Positions 40,590 to 51,225 are shown, numbered from the whole stretch's first letter. The stretch: 61,107 nt of DNA, filler included, from an uncultured bacterium (GCA_964449065.1; 4 parts of 4 records of this genome joined end to end with filler, not necessarily neighbours in it); one strand, 5' to 3'. Notes: generated by a model from the letters alone, not told the origin. Made by a program: numbers and translations.

Positions 40590-42071
40590 ATGATATTCTT
40601 CTTGAAAGAATATAAAGACAAACAAGGACTTTCTTTAATTGAGGTGGTGGTCGCCGCCGCGATTATGGGAGTGGGTTTGCTCTCTATTGTGCAGATATTC
40701 CCATACGGTATTCAAGCCAGCCGCCGCTCGGAAGATTTAACCCAGGCCACCATGCTTGCCAATACCATCTTTGAGGGCCTCAAATCCGACCCGGTTAACT
40801 TCCCCATTTTGCCGAACGATTCGGATACATTGGTTCCTATCCCCGGTAACGGATTTGATGATGATACGAATAATTCGATGTTTGATCAAACCCGCACCCG
40901 CGGCCGCCGCGCTCCCGGCGACTTTAACAACAACGGCATTCCCGATACTGATTATGACGGTACGCCCGAACGCGATGGCTCCCCCCACTTTACCGGCCGG
41001 CCCAACGGCTTGGATGATGACGGCGACGGCGTCATCGATGACAGCGGCGACAGCAGCTCGAAAAGCTTTCAAGCCGTCCCGCGTTCATTTTCCCTTTTGG
41101 CCCCGGATGGCGATTACAACTACGATCCAGAACTCAATATCGATGAAGAATTCGCCGATGGTATCGATAATGACCGTGACGGGTTGATTGATGAAGATAC
41201 GCGGTTGCCGTCTGTCCGTATCGGCGGCAGCAACTTTATGATTCCCTGGATTGCGGGGGATGGAATAGATAACGATGGAGATGGCGAAGACAATGATAAT
41301 GATCCTAACACGCCCGCAATCGCCGATGGCTTAGACAACAATAATGACGGCCGGATAGACGAAGGCATCGATGAAGAAATTTGGGATGGACGGGACAATG
41401 ACGGCAACAATGGAGTGGATGAAGACACTCAACTCGCCGCGTTTCCCTTTATGCCGGCAAAATTAGCGCCTCCTTTTGACCGCTATAGTTGGCAAATCAG
41501 AGTAGGTAGTGTGCCCGATAATGGCAATTATGGCCTGATTGATAGGAATGGGGATGGAATTCCTGAACTTGGCGATGGCGTGGATAACGACGGTGATGGT
41601 TTGGTGGATGAAGAATTGCCCGACGGTTTGGACTTTGATTTCCCCGTTTCATCCACCGGACGCGGTTTGAATATTCAGGCCTATACCCGCCAGCCCACAT
41701 CCGACGGATTGGTGGATGAAGACACGGTTTCAGGCACGCTGCCGAACTGGCGCCGGGTTGAAATCATCATCACCTGGGGCGGCGACGGTGAGGACAATGA
41801 TGGAGATATGCAGTCTGTTGACCCAAGATTTGACGGCAGACGATCCGTCAGCCGTTCGACCATTTCATACAGTGGCATTACTTGGGGGATCGACGAAGAA
41901 AAAGAAGACGGGATTGACAACGATTTTGACGGCGAAATCGATGAAGATACCTATAAATTTGATTTTAAACTGGTTGGATTCATCAATTTGGATGATCCAT
42001 CCGAGTCGTTCACGTTTCGAAGTGGGCAGCCGAGAGGCATCGCGCCATCGATCGTTTCGAATATCCGGTAG
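40590..42071 (+). CDS. Prepilin-type protein, GspI/PilV-like, with acidic repeats
   Basis: KQG|LSLIEVVVA; ATMLANTIFE; RRVEIIITW; multiple DGxDNDxDGxxDE. Confidence 0.8.
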   Translation: MIFFLKEYKDKQGLSLIEVVVAAAIMGVGLLSIVQIFPYGIQASRRSEDLTQATMLANTIFEGLKSDPVNFPILPNDSDTLVPIPGNGFDDDTNNSMFDQTRTRGRRAPGDFNNNGIPDTDYDGTPERDGSPHFTGRPNGLDDDGDGVIDDSGDSSSKSFQAVPRSFSLLAPDGDYNYDPELNIDEEFADGIDNDRDGLIDEDTRLPSVRIGGSNFMIPWIAGDGIDNDGDGEDNDNDPNTPAIADGLDNNNDGRIDEGIDEEIWDGRDNDGNNGVDEDTQLAAFPFMPAKLAPPFDRYSWQIRVGSVPDNGNYGLIDRNGDGIPELGDGVDNDGDGLVDEELPDGLDFDFPVSSTGRGLNIQAYTRQPTSDGLVDEDTVSGTLPNWRRVEIIITWGGDGEDNDGDMQSVDPRFDGRRSVSRSTISYSGITWGIDEEKEDGIDNDFDGEIDEDTYKFDFKLVGFINLDDPSESFTFRSGQPRGIAPSIVSNIR

Positions 42072-42107
42072 ATAGAGGTAATAGATTACGTTCTGGAGAA
42101 AAGCATA

Positions 42108-43448
42108 ATGAAGCCAAATCCAGGTAGGACAGAGAAAACAAAATATCATTCCAAAAAGGCGTTCACGCTGATTGAGATTATGATTTCAATGGGCGTGTTG
42201 TCGATCCTTGCTGGAATCGCGGCGCAAACGTTTGTGGCGATTTTAGACTCGCGCGATGTCGCCTTAAAGCGGTTGGAAGTGAACGAGAACGCCCGAACGG
42301 TATTGGATTTTATCAGCGCGGATATCCGCACGGCTTATTTAACACCGGATTCCATTAAACCCGTGAATCCCCGCAATATTCAAGAAGGGACTCCCCGGTT
42401 TCGCTTTGCGGGCATTCACCGTGATATTTCGACCGAAGATGAACCGGGGATACCTGGTGCCGGCATTGATGATGACGGTGACGGCTTGATTGATGAAGAA
42501 GTGCTGGATGGAGTCGGAGGCGATTATCCTGGTGGTGCGGTTACCTCCCTTAAAAGCGGCAGAGCGCAAGAAGACCCCGGCTGTACCCGGGTGGATGATG
42601 AAGGGAATATTCTATTCAATGATGCCTCTTGTGTTGACGAAGATATTGGGTTGATCCCCAGTGATGTCCTTCACTTTGTCAGTGCGGTCGAAAACTCCGG
42701 TCAAACCATACTGCAAGAAATTTCATACGGATTGAATCCGGAAGGCACCCGGTTGGTACGGCGTGCGCAAGTGCTATCGCTTGACGGTGGCTCCCGCGCC
42801 CGCGTAGAACTGATTGATTTTGGCCAGTTTGTTGATAACGCAACCCGCAAGCGGTTGGTACCGCAGGCACCGGCTATTGGAGCCCCGGTTTCCCGTTCTG
42901 CCGTACGCGCTTCGGTTCAGAACTGGAACGATGGATCGAAATTTGGTCAACTCCAAGCGCGGTCCAGTAACTTTACCAATCAAAACCCGGCCAAATTGTT
43001 TCAAGTGTTGGCGTATGATATCCGCGGCTTGCGCTTTCGCTATTGGTATTACGATTACAACCGCGGCGGCTGGCGTTTTACCCGCGAATGGGATTCCGCC
43101 CGTGAAACCGCTTTGCTCACGCCGGGAGAAAACCTGTTTAATCAGCCTGCGCTGAACAGTGGAATTGAAGGAAGAAATCGAATGGGGTTCGAGAACATTA
43201 TCGTCAATGAACCGGAAGATATGTATCCGCGGATAGGGGGGATGGATTTTTTGGTGCGCAGTCCGCGGCAACTTACCAGTTCAAATGAATTTACGGAATC
43301 CCTACAAAGTATTGCGAAACAGACAGATGGATTGCCGAACATGGTGGAAATCACGGTCTACGCGCAAGACCGCGAACGTACCTTAAACCCAAGAGCGTTT
43401 ACAACCCGTGTGTTTGTTCCAAACAACTACCGCAGTTTGGGTATATAA
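42108..43448 (+). CDS. Prepilin-type protein, GspJ/PilW-like
   Basis: KKA|FTLIEIMIS; ARTVLDFISADIRTA; LRFRYW; LPNMVEITV. Confidence 0.8.
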   Translation: MKPNPGRTEKTKYHSKKAFTLIEIMISMGVLSILAGIAAQTFVAILDSRDVALKRLEVNENARTVLDFISADIRTAYLTPDSIKPVNPRNIQEGTPRFRFAGIHRDISTEDEPGIPGAGIDDDGDGLIDEEVLDGVGGDYPGGAVTSLKSGRAQEDPGCTRVDDEGNILFNDASCVDEDIGLIPSDVLHFVSAVENSGQTILQEISYGLNPEGTRLVRRAQVLSLDGGSRARVELIDFGQFVDNATRKRLVPQAPAIGAPVSRSAVRASVQNWNDGSKFGQLQARSSNFTNQNPAKLFQVLAYDIRGLRFRYWYYDYNRGGWRFTREWDSARETALLTPGENLFNQPALNSGIEGRNRMGFENIIVNEPEDMYPRIGGMDFLVRSPRQLTSSNEFTESLQSIAKQTDGLPNMVEITVYAQDRERTLNPRAFTTRVFVPNNYRSLGI

Positions 43449-43478
43449 CCCTTGAAGCCGCAGGCAGAGGAAGCAGTT

Positions 43479-45837
43479 ATGAATACGTTAAACAAACAAT
43501 TAACACTACCGCGTCAACCCAAAACGAATCCCAAAAAAGGGATCGCGTTGATCACCGTGCTCGCGTTTTTATCCATTTTCGCGATCATCATGGTTTCGTT
43601 TGTGTTCTCGATTCGCATTGAAGAGGTCACCACGCAAAACTATTCGGACAGCATCAACATTGAGCAGGCTTCCGAAGCCGCCATTCAGGCGGTTCTCAGC
43701 CAAGTGGCGCGCGATTTAGACACCAGCGAACCCAATATGATACTGGGGCGTCCGCAGCCGCGTTATATTTCGTTGCTGGACCCGTGGGCGGTGGGGTATG
43801 CCGGTCAAGCCGGGCCGCGTGTGCTGTATGATGCCCGCAGCTATCAGGTGGATATCCGCCCTGAACGTCAGTTCCGCCGCGCGGGCATGCAAGTGTATCC
43901 CACACCGATTCCACTGGGTGTGGATGAAGACCCCGAAGGCGATGTCACTGGATTCCAGCGCATTGTTCCCAATAACCAACGGGGGCGTGGAGACGGCTTT
44001 CCCGGTTTGGCAAATATCGACGATAGTTTGGATGGCTTGGTGGATAACGGCGGCGATACCGATTTGGCTGAAGATGATGATGAAGACTTTTTGCTGAATG
44101 AAGATCCGATGGATCTACGGCGTCCCGATTTAGGGGGTTCCGGTTTTTTCTTCCCTGCCGGTACCGGTTATGATGCCGACGGCGACCGTTTGGGTGTCAC
44201 AGATGAAAGCGCGAAACTTAACATCAACTTTGCGGGGAATAACAACAGCAACAGCAATCAGTATACTTACAATCTCGGCACTGGCCCTTCCGAACTGGAT
44301 TTGCCGGCTTACATCTATGGCCGGGTATTTCGTTTTTTAACCACAGGCGGTAATGTGTCACAACTCAATGCGCAGCAAGCCCAAGAAATTGCGGAACAGA
44401 TCGTCAACTTCCGCTATGGCAGCACGGGCGATGGCGGTCAATCACCCGCCAAACCGGGTGTGGATAATGCCGATGATAATTTAAACAACTCGCCTCAAAT
44501 ATTTGACGTCATTGAATTCAGCCAAGCCTACCAAACCAGCACCTTTGACGGCGAACCCTTTGCCATCGTAGGCGATGAATTGGATAACGATGACGATGGA
44601 TTTTTAAATGAAGAAGACGAACGCTACATCGGCCCCGCGACCGAAAACCAAAGCGGTACGCCGCTAACCGATGGGATTATTCGAACCCAAAACGGCGAAG
44701 AATTCCGGATGGGTGATAAAGTAGATAACGACGGCGACGGCTTTATCGATGAACAAAACGAGGGCATTGATGATTCATCTGAGTTTGATGTGTTCAAGCC
44801 CAAAGGCGATGACCGCCCGTATGCCTCTTCCGATGATTTAAAATTACTGGACGCGATACCGGATAGCGACCCGCCATTTGTGGTAAACGCGCCGCCATCT
44901 TTGTTTCAAATCTTACAGTCTTCCACCACGATTTTTAGCCAATCCGATCAAGTAGCAGGACCCATGAGCGGCAAAAATAATGAAGTGGCTAAAATCAACC
45001 CCAACATGATCAGCAATTGGCGCGCGGTCGATGTGTGGGAACAAGGCGACCCGGTCTCCAACCGCGCCGATTTTCAATACACCTCAGCCATGAAGGTGGA
45101 AGAACTGCTGCCCGCGTTGCAAGTGGATAACGACGGCGATTGGCAGATGTTTGCCGAACCGGATGTGATGAACGGCCAAGCCGATGGCATTGATAATGAC
45201 GGCGACGGCTTGGTGGATGAATCGTCCGATGATTGGGATGGAAACTTATATGCCAGTGGAGATTTCGACAGTTTTTCGGAAGCCGATACCGCATCGCTTG
45301 CCCTGCAAAATAGTATTGACGATGATGGCGACGGCCAAACCCGCGATGAAAACCGTCCGGGAGAAGATGTTGTCCGCCGTAAACGCGTACTGGGTACCGA
45401 AGAAGGCGGTGATGATGAAAATGAAGAAGTTACTTTCCGTCCGCGCGAAGAGAGAGAAATCGAGATCCGGATGGGGATGGTTGCCGAAGGCGACGGCGCC
45501 GACAACGACGGCGATGGTATCATCGATGATGACGGCGATTTCAATGGTGACAACATTATTACGTATGACCCCGAATGGCATGTGAATGAAGACGGCCCTG
45601 GCGATCTGAGCGGTGACGGCTACCCCGGATTGGGCGGCAATCCTGAAATGCGGGATGAAGACAATGCGGAAGGCGATATTGTCCGCAGACCCGATGTAAC
45701 GGATGATCTGCTGGTGACCAGTTTTGCCGATGACGATTTTGACGGGTTTGCCGATTTTAATGATCCGCAAGTTCTTGCGGCGATGTATACGCCGGAACTG
45801 GATGGTGTGGATAACGACGGCGACGGCGCGGTGGATG
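43479..45837 (+). CDS. GspK/PilX-like protein with acidic repeats, truncated at scaffold end
   Basis: KKG|IALITVL (no Glu5, typical of GspK/PilX); ASEAAIQ; DESAKLNIN; many DNDGDG repeats. Confidence 0.78.
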
Positions 45838-45937
45838 NNNNNNNNNNNNNNNNNNNNNNNNNNNNNNNNNNNNNNNNNNNNTTAATTAATTAANNNNNNN
45901 NNNNNNNNNNNNNNNNNNNNNNNNNNNNNNNNNNNNN
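45838..45937. other. Artificial scaffold linker
   Basis: N-run with TTAATTAATTAA. Confidence 0.95.
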
Positions 45938-46528
45938 GATGTCGCCCGGTTCGGGCTCGATTTCATGCATCGCGTCGCGCATGGCTTGCACGTCTTGTTT
46001 GTCCATCCACTCTTTAAAATCTTCGCGGTTGACGTCTTCTTTAAACCCCACCCACGATTTCACGCCGGGGCGGGTATCGATCACAATCCAGCATTCATTC
46101 TTCCCAAAATCCGAGTTGAGGTGTTTCTTCGAAAATTCCGGTGACGGATGCCAGTGCACAGGAATATGTGCGCCCTCACCAACGTCGAATATTTTCATCA
46201 ACACCCCCAGTTTCGGGCCGAATCGTTCTACGTGTTTCTGACCGAGCGTTTCATTGGGATACGCTTTTAAAAGGTCTTCCAGCAGGATGGTTTCGCCTTT
46301 GGGATCTTTGATCAGGCTTAATCCTTTGGTGGGCCAGTTGTCGCGTCCCGGAGTGACGGCGACGTTGGTCGAGAAAATCCATTCTTCCGAATTGTAGTCG
46401 TCTTTGGGATCGTCTTCTCCCATAAACTTGGCGCGCAGTTTGCCCCCATTATAAAAATGCAGGTAGGTATTGGGCTGCAAGTGTAACGGTTTGCCTACCA
46501 GCGGCTTAAGTTCTTCAGCAGATGCCAT
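45938..46528 (-). CDS. Class I mannose-6-phosphate isomerase-like cupin (partial)
   Basis: SEEW, LMKIFD, PVHWHP, GKNECW motifs. Confidence 0.7.
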
Positions 46529-46698
46529 GATGTATCCTCCAAGAATAGTATGAATAAAAGGGATTTGTAACCATATTATGGTAACGCCATTGCCTCAAGG
46601 ATGTATAGGCCAATGAACCAACGATTTCGCCGATTTTCTCTTGTCTTTTTTTCGAATGATTTCATAATTGATTTTGACTATACTCATGAGAGTAGAAT

Positions 46699-47064
46699 AT
46701 GAGTAAAGAACCAACGAACTTTAAGGAATTGGTCTTTCTTGGCAGTTCGAAAAAAGCGTTATCCAAATTTCCCAAAGAGGTCAAACGGCAATTTGGTTTT
46801 GATTTGGATGCGGTTCAGGGTGGTGAAACACCACCAAATGCAAAAAGGCTAAAGGGTTTGATTAATGTACTGGAACTGGTTAAACGGTATGATTCAGATA
46901 CGTACCGGGCTGTGTATACTGTCAATATTGGTTAGGTAATTTATGTGTTACATTGTTTTATGAAAAAGACAAAAAGCGGAATCCAAACTTCTAAACAGGA
47001 TATGGAGATCATACAAACTCGTTTAAAGGAAGCCATTGCGCATAGCAAAGGAGAACAATCATGA
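46699..47064 (+). pseudogene. RelE/HigB (Gp49-like) toxin interrupted by an in-frame TAG
   Basis: DTYRAVYTVNIG, TAG at 46933-46935, then VIYVLHCFMKKTKSGIQT...RLKEA to TGA 47064 overlapping the antitoxin ATG. Confidence 0.85.
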
Positions 47065-47390
47065 CGAAAAAAATTGAATATACAGAAAGCTGCGGCAATG
47101 TGTTTGAAGATCTTGGATTGGAAAATGCCGATTATTTATTGGCTAAGAGCCGGTTAAGACTAACCATACTGGATAGGATTGAAGAACGGGGCCTCACAAA
47201 AAAAGAAGCCGCAAAAATTCTCGGTACTCAACCTTCAAAAATATCCGGTCTCAGTACCGGTGAAGGTGTAGATGCCATGTCTTTCGATCAACTCTTGGAT
47301 TGGTTACAAAAGCTGGATTTAAATGTCACCGTGTCCATCCAGCCTCTCTATAAATCACAAAAGAAAGCCGAGATGCGGGTTACCGTATAG
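47061..47390 (+). CDS. XRE/HigA-like antitoxin
   Basis: GNVFEDLGL..LTKKEAAKILGTQPSKIS HTH. Confidence 0.85.
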   Translation: MTKKIEYTESCGNVFEDLGLENADYLLAKSRLRLTILDRIEERGLTKKEAAKILGTQPSKISGLSTGEGVDAMSFDQLLDWLQKLDLNVTVSIQPLYKSQKKAEMRVTV

Positions 47391-47576
47391 CGGATTTCCC
47401 CTAAAACATGCAATCCTCTAACGTTCAATTGAATTTTCCCCGGATTCGGTTAGTCTGTATGCAAAACGAATATCATAAAGCATATGCCAATAGAAAGTTC
47501 GTTTTGGGGAGCATCGGCTTCCAGCCGGTGCATGAAGAAGTAATACTCAATCAGAACGTATCTTTGGCAATCGCTA
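47388..47576. repeat. IR-bounded element containing a REP hairpin
   Basis: Starts at the antitoxin TAG: TAGCGGATTTCC and (reverse complement) TAGCGATTGCC; internal GCATCGGCTTCCAGCCGGTGC. Confidence 0.5.
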
Positions 47577-47588
47577 CAGGAAGCACGT

Positions 47589-47870
47589 ATGTCAAACAAT
47601 CCCGAAGACAAAGACTGGCAGGAAAAGCAAATTCCGCTGAAAGACGTTGTGTTGAGCAACAGCTGGGCGATGCAGGCGATTCTGCAATACCTGGAGGAAG
47701 TGCACCCCGGCGCGCGCGACCGCATCTGGGAACACTACCAGCACATGAAATCCCTCTCCGAAGGCTCGCAGACCGATACCCAAGCATCCACCGAAGACGT
47801 ACCGTTTGAAGAAGAGGAAAGTTGGATCGATGACTTAGACTTGGGTGAATCCAACAACACCGTCAACTAA
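47589..47870 (+). CDS. Hypothetical acidic protein
   Basis: AGGAAG RBS; plausible codon usage. Confidence 0.55.
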   Translation: MSNNPEDKDWQEKQIPLKDVVLSNSWAMQAILQYLEEVHPGARDRIWEHYQHMKSLSEGSQTDTQASTEDVPFEEEESWIDDLDLGESNNTVN

Positions 47871-47871
47871 C

Positions 47872-48777
47872 GTGAATACGATTTATACCACTCTTATCAT
47901 TCTGCTTTCAGCCATTCTGCTTACCCATTGCGGATCGCCGCAACAGAACGATACCGCATCCCCCTTTCCGGAAACATGGACGGTCTTGCAGCAGGAAGAC
48001 ATCGGCGCGTATCAGTATCTCTTTGGATTCTCGACAACACCGGACGGTTTTGAGGAATACCAATTTTTTATCCAACATAACGGTGAGGTCGCGGTCAACA
48101 AAAATTGCAGCCAGCACACAAAAGTTGTATCCGTGGGCGAACAAAGCTTCTTGGACCCTTCAGCCGCCAACCCCGAAATCGTGGATTTGAACGCGGACGG
48201 CAGCCTCGAATTGGTGATCCAGCATTACACTGGCGGGGCGCACTGCTGTTTTGAGTATTGGATCTATTCATTGGGCGGGCAACTCACTGAAATCGCCAAG
48301 CTGGAGACGATGGACTCTCCACTGATCTTTCACAACATCGATGACGACGCGGTGTATGAAGTAGAAGGCGTGGATAAAACCTTTGCCTACTGGCAATCCG
48401 CGTATGCCTACTCTCCCGCGCCGCCGGTGATTATGCAGTTCACGCCCACCGGCTTGATTTTGGATTTCGAACAAATGCGCAAACCGCCGCCCGGCGAAAG
48501 CGAACTGGCCACCACGGTTATGCGTGTGCGCAGCGAACTGGGGCGTGAAATCTCTCCCCACCACGATGAAGCCTGGCGCCATGCCGGCATCCCCACCGCG
48601 ATGTGGGCCACCATGCTTGACCTCATCTACACCGGCAACGGCAATACCGCCTGGGAATTCTTCGACCGCGTCTGGCGAAACGGTGTCAGCGGCAAAGAAG
48701 AGTTCCGCGCGGCATTCCAAGAGGCCCTTCAGTCCAGCCCCTATTGGGACGGCATCCGCGAAATGAACGGGTGGTAG
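47872..48777 (+). CDS. Putative lipoprotein
   Basis: Hydrophobic signal ending LLTHC; DLNADG; YTGGAHCC motif; start uncertain (47845 or 47872). Confidence 0.65.
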   Translation: MNTIYTTLIILLSAILLTHCGSPQQNDTASPFPETWTVLQQEDIGAYQYLFGFSTTPDGFEEYQFFIQHNGEVAVNKNCSQHTKVVSVGEQSFLDPSAANPEIVDLNADGSLELVIQHYTGGAHCCFEYWIYSLGGQLTEIAKLETMDSPLIFHNIDDDAVYEVEGVDKTFAYWQSAYAYSPAPPVIMQFTPTGLILDFEQMRKPPPGESELATTVMRVRSELGREISPHHDEAWRHAGIPTAMWATMLDLIYTGNGNTAWEFFDRVWRNGVSGKEEFRAAFQEALQSSPYWDGIREMNGW

Positions 48778-48835
48778 AAAATTGGGTTTAGTGAAAGAAT
48801 ATATATTCGCCTAACACAGCATAGGGAGTGATACG

Positions 48836-49894
48836 GTGGATGAAACGGTACGTCTAAGAACGGATATATTCCGCGAGATCAAAACACTGATTGAACAAAG
48901 CCGTCAGCAAGCGGCAGTGACGGTCAATGCCGCGATGACTCTGCTGTATTGGCAAATCGGCAAGCGAATCAACGATGAAATCCTGCATGATCAACGGGCG
49001 GAATACGGCAAGCAGATTGTTGAATCACTGTCACGCGAGTTAACAAAAGAATATGGGAAAGGATGGAGTAAGAGGCATTTGCATCATTGTCTTCGGTTTG
49101 CGGAGATATTCCCGGATATTCAAATTGTGAACGCACTGCGTACACAATTAAGTTGGACACATATCAGAACAATTATCCCCATTGATGATGAATTAAAACG
49201 CGAGTTTTACATTGAAATATGTAAACATGAACGATGGAGCACGCGGACGCTTCAAGAACGCATCAACTCAATGCTGTATGAGCGCACGGCCATCAGCAAA
49301 AAGCCGGAAGACACCATCAAAAACGAGCTGAAACAGTTGGGGGAAAGCGGGCAAATCTCTCCGGATTTGGTGTTTCGCGATCCCTATGTGTTGGATTTTC
49401 TTGATTTGAAAGACACGTTTTCCGAGCAGGATTTAGAATCGGCGATTGTGGCGGAATTGCAGCGCTTTATAACGGAGTTGGGAACCGATTTTGCCTATTT
49501 GGCCCGCCAAAAACGAATCACAATCGACAATCGGGATTATTACCTGGACTTGCTGTTTTATCACCGGCGCCTTAAATCCCTGGTTGCCATCGATTTAAAG
49601 ATGGGTGAATTTGATGCCGCATATAAAGGGGAAATGGAATTGTATCTGTCGTATTTGAATCAATACGAAGCGGTCGAAGGGGAAAATCCACCCGTGGGTT
49701 TGATTCTATGCGCGGGGAAAAATCCCGAGCATGTTGAATTGCTGCAATTGCACAAGAGCAATATCAAAGTAGCAGATTACTTCACCGTCCTGCCTCCTAA
49801 AGAGGTGCTGCTGGAAAAACTTCATCAAGCGATTGCCATCGCGCGAAACCGCTTATCCAGCCGGCCGGAGAAAGATGAAACACTCGAAGAATGA
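48836..49894 (+). CDS. YhcG/DUF1016 PD-(D/E)XK nuclease-family protein
   Basis: YWQIG, LSWTH, RDPYVLDFL, DLLFYHRRL..IDLK, GLILC. Confidence 0.92.
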   Translation: MDETVRLRTDIFREIKTLIEQSRQQAAVTVNAAMTLLYWQIGKRINDEILHDQRAEYGKQIVESLSRELTKEYGKGWSKRHLHHCLRFAEIFPDIQIVNALRTQLSWTHIRTIIPIDDELKREFYIEICKHERWSTRTLQERINSMLYERTAISKKPEDTIKNELKQLGESGQISPDLVFRDPYVLDFLDLKDTFSEQDLESAIVAELQRFITELGTDFAYLARQKRITIDNRDYYLDLLFYHRRLKSLVAIDLKMGEFDAAYKGEMELYLSYLNQYEAVEGENPPVGLILCAGKNPEHVELLQLHKSNIKVADYFTVLPPKEVLLEKLHQAIAIARNRLSSRPEKDETLEE

Positions 49895-50113
49895 GAAGCC
49901 GCCCTTTCCTGATGCGGCAACCGTAGGCCAAGCCCTACTTTGCCCATAAAGAACATGGATATGAACCTAAAAAAAACCGTAGATCGGCAAAGGATATTGA
50001 TAAGGTACTGTATACATTGCAATTAGAAACTGAGGTGCAGTTGAATCTCTTCACCGAAATGGTGAAGAGTATGATTTCAATTAAGCCGTTATAATCATTA
50101 TACCAAACTCTAA

Positions 50114-50182
50114 ACTCTAAATGAGTTTAAACCGATTGATATACGAACTCCTTTGGAGGTATTTGATTATGACGAATCATGA
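50114..50182 (+). pseudogene. 3' remnant of a PIN-domain toxin
   Basis: Frame reads LNEFKPIDIRTPLEVFDYDES*, like PIN C-termini; overlaps the start of the next gene; stop codon immediately upstream. Confidence 0.45.
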
Positions 50183-50345
50183 ATTTAAAGTCATGGATTG
50201 GCTCAGAACCATACGGGATGAGCATAGTTTGGAATCCATCAATAAACCGTGGAAAGAAATTCAAAAAGAGAACGCGGAAGCCGTTGAACGATTTCATCAA
50301 CGTATAGAAAGCAAACAAAAGAAAAATAATTCTCAGCACCAATAA
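50169..50345 (+). CDS. Small antitoxin-like hypothetical protein
   Basis: GGAGG RBS before ATG 50169; FKVMDWLRTIRDE. Confidence 0.5.
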   Translation: MTNHEFKVMDWLRTIRDEHSLESINKPWKEIQKENAEAVERFHQRIESKQKKNNSQHQ

Positions 50346-50374
50346 AGCCATTAGCGCAATGGAATGATAACACG

Positions 50375-50548
50375 GCGCGGGTGGCTCAGGGCGGGCACTC
50401 GATACCGGAAGACACCATCCGCAGACGCTTCGCGAAAAGCGGGTATAATTTCGAACATCTCTACAAACCCATTGTGGATTCTTGGATTTTGTACGATAAC
50501 ACCAATACGGTTCCATTGCTGATAGAAACGGGAGAATCATCGATCTGA
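50375..50548 (+). pseudogene. 3' remnant of a zeta-toxin-like/COG4185 P-loop protein
   Basis: RVAQGGHSIPEDTIRRRF...LYKPIVDSWILYDN*; no start codon or P-loop present. Confidence 0.7.
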
Positions 50549-50596
50549 CCCAGCGGTATAAGGGAGAGATGCAAGTTAAATAGTAGAGATATGTTG

Positions 50597-50887
50597 TTAC
50601 AGATACTGTTCTACATCCATGCTTTCATGAAGTACTCGAATGATATCGATTTGATTGTCGTTGATACAGTAGAAAATTAAGTGTTTATTGATGATAAGGC
50701 ACCGAATCCCCTCTCTGACATCGCTGTAATCTTTGCCGATTTTGGGATGTTTTGATAACAATTGAATCCCACTGTCTAATTCATCCAGATATTTGTCGGC
50801 TTGCGTTTCATTCCATTGTTGAAAGGTGTATAACCAGATTCCGGTTAAGTCTTGCTCGGCGGCTTTGGTTTTGTGAATCTTATGCAT
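50597..50887 (-). CDS. parE: ParE-family toxin
   Basis: AEQDLTGIWLYT..W...QADKY..HLIFY..IIRVLHESMD. Confidence 0.9.
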   Translation of the reverse strand: MHKIHKTKAAEQDLTGIWLYTFQQWNETQADKYLDELDSGIQLLSKHPKIGKDYSDVREGIRCLIINKHLIFYCINDNQIDIIRVLHESMDVEQYL

Positions 50888-51137
50888 TGGAAGTGATCAA
50901 CCCGGCCTGCTCTTTTGCCTTGCGCTTGATTTCTTCCATATCCAATGGTCCGGCGGAACCGCTTTGCTCGCCTTCAATCAAGGCTTTTCGTAGCACATCG
51001 AGTTTAGTTTGGCGTTCTTCCAGCAAGCGCAGCGATTCGAGAATCACCTCAGTGGGAGACGCATAGCGGCCGGATTCGATTTGCTTTTGGATGTAGCCTT
51101 CCCAATACGGCCCCAGATCGATTGCAGTGGTTTTCAT
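50880..51137 (-). CDS. parD: ParD-family antitoxin
   Basis: IESGRYASPTEVILESLRLLE..LRKALIEGEQSG. Confidence 0.9.
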   Translation of the reverse strand: MKTTAIDLGPYWEGYIQKQIESGRYASPTEVILESLRLLEERQTKLDVLRKALIEGEQSGSAGPLDMEEIKRKAKEQAGLITSNA

Positions 51138-51225
51138 AGGGTATCCTCAATTCAATGTGTCCATGAGTATTTTAAAAGAATAGGCCTATTTTAGCAAGAA
51201 TAATTTATCTGTAATGATAAATCCG

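Noticed and set aside
40850..45837. GATAACGACGGCGACGG-like DNA repeats as a CRISPR or tandem array
   Set aside because: Irregularly spaced, vary at synonymous positions and lie in frame within pilin genes; they are protein repeats.
20360..46935. Stop-codon reassignment explaining the internal TAA and TAG in toxin genes
   Set aside because: Two different stop codons are involved, and both end many ordinary genes here. Nonsense mutation is the simpler explanation.
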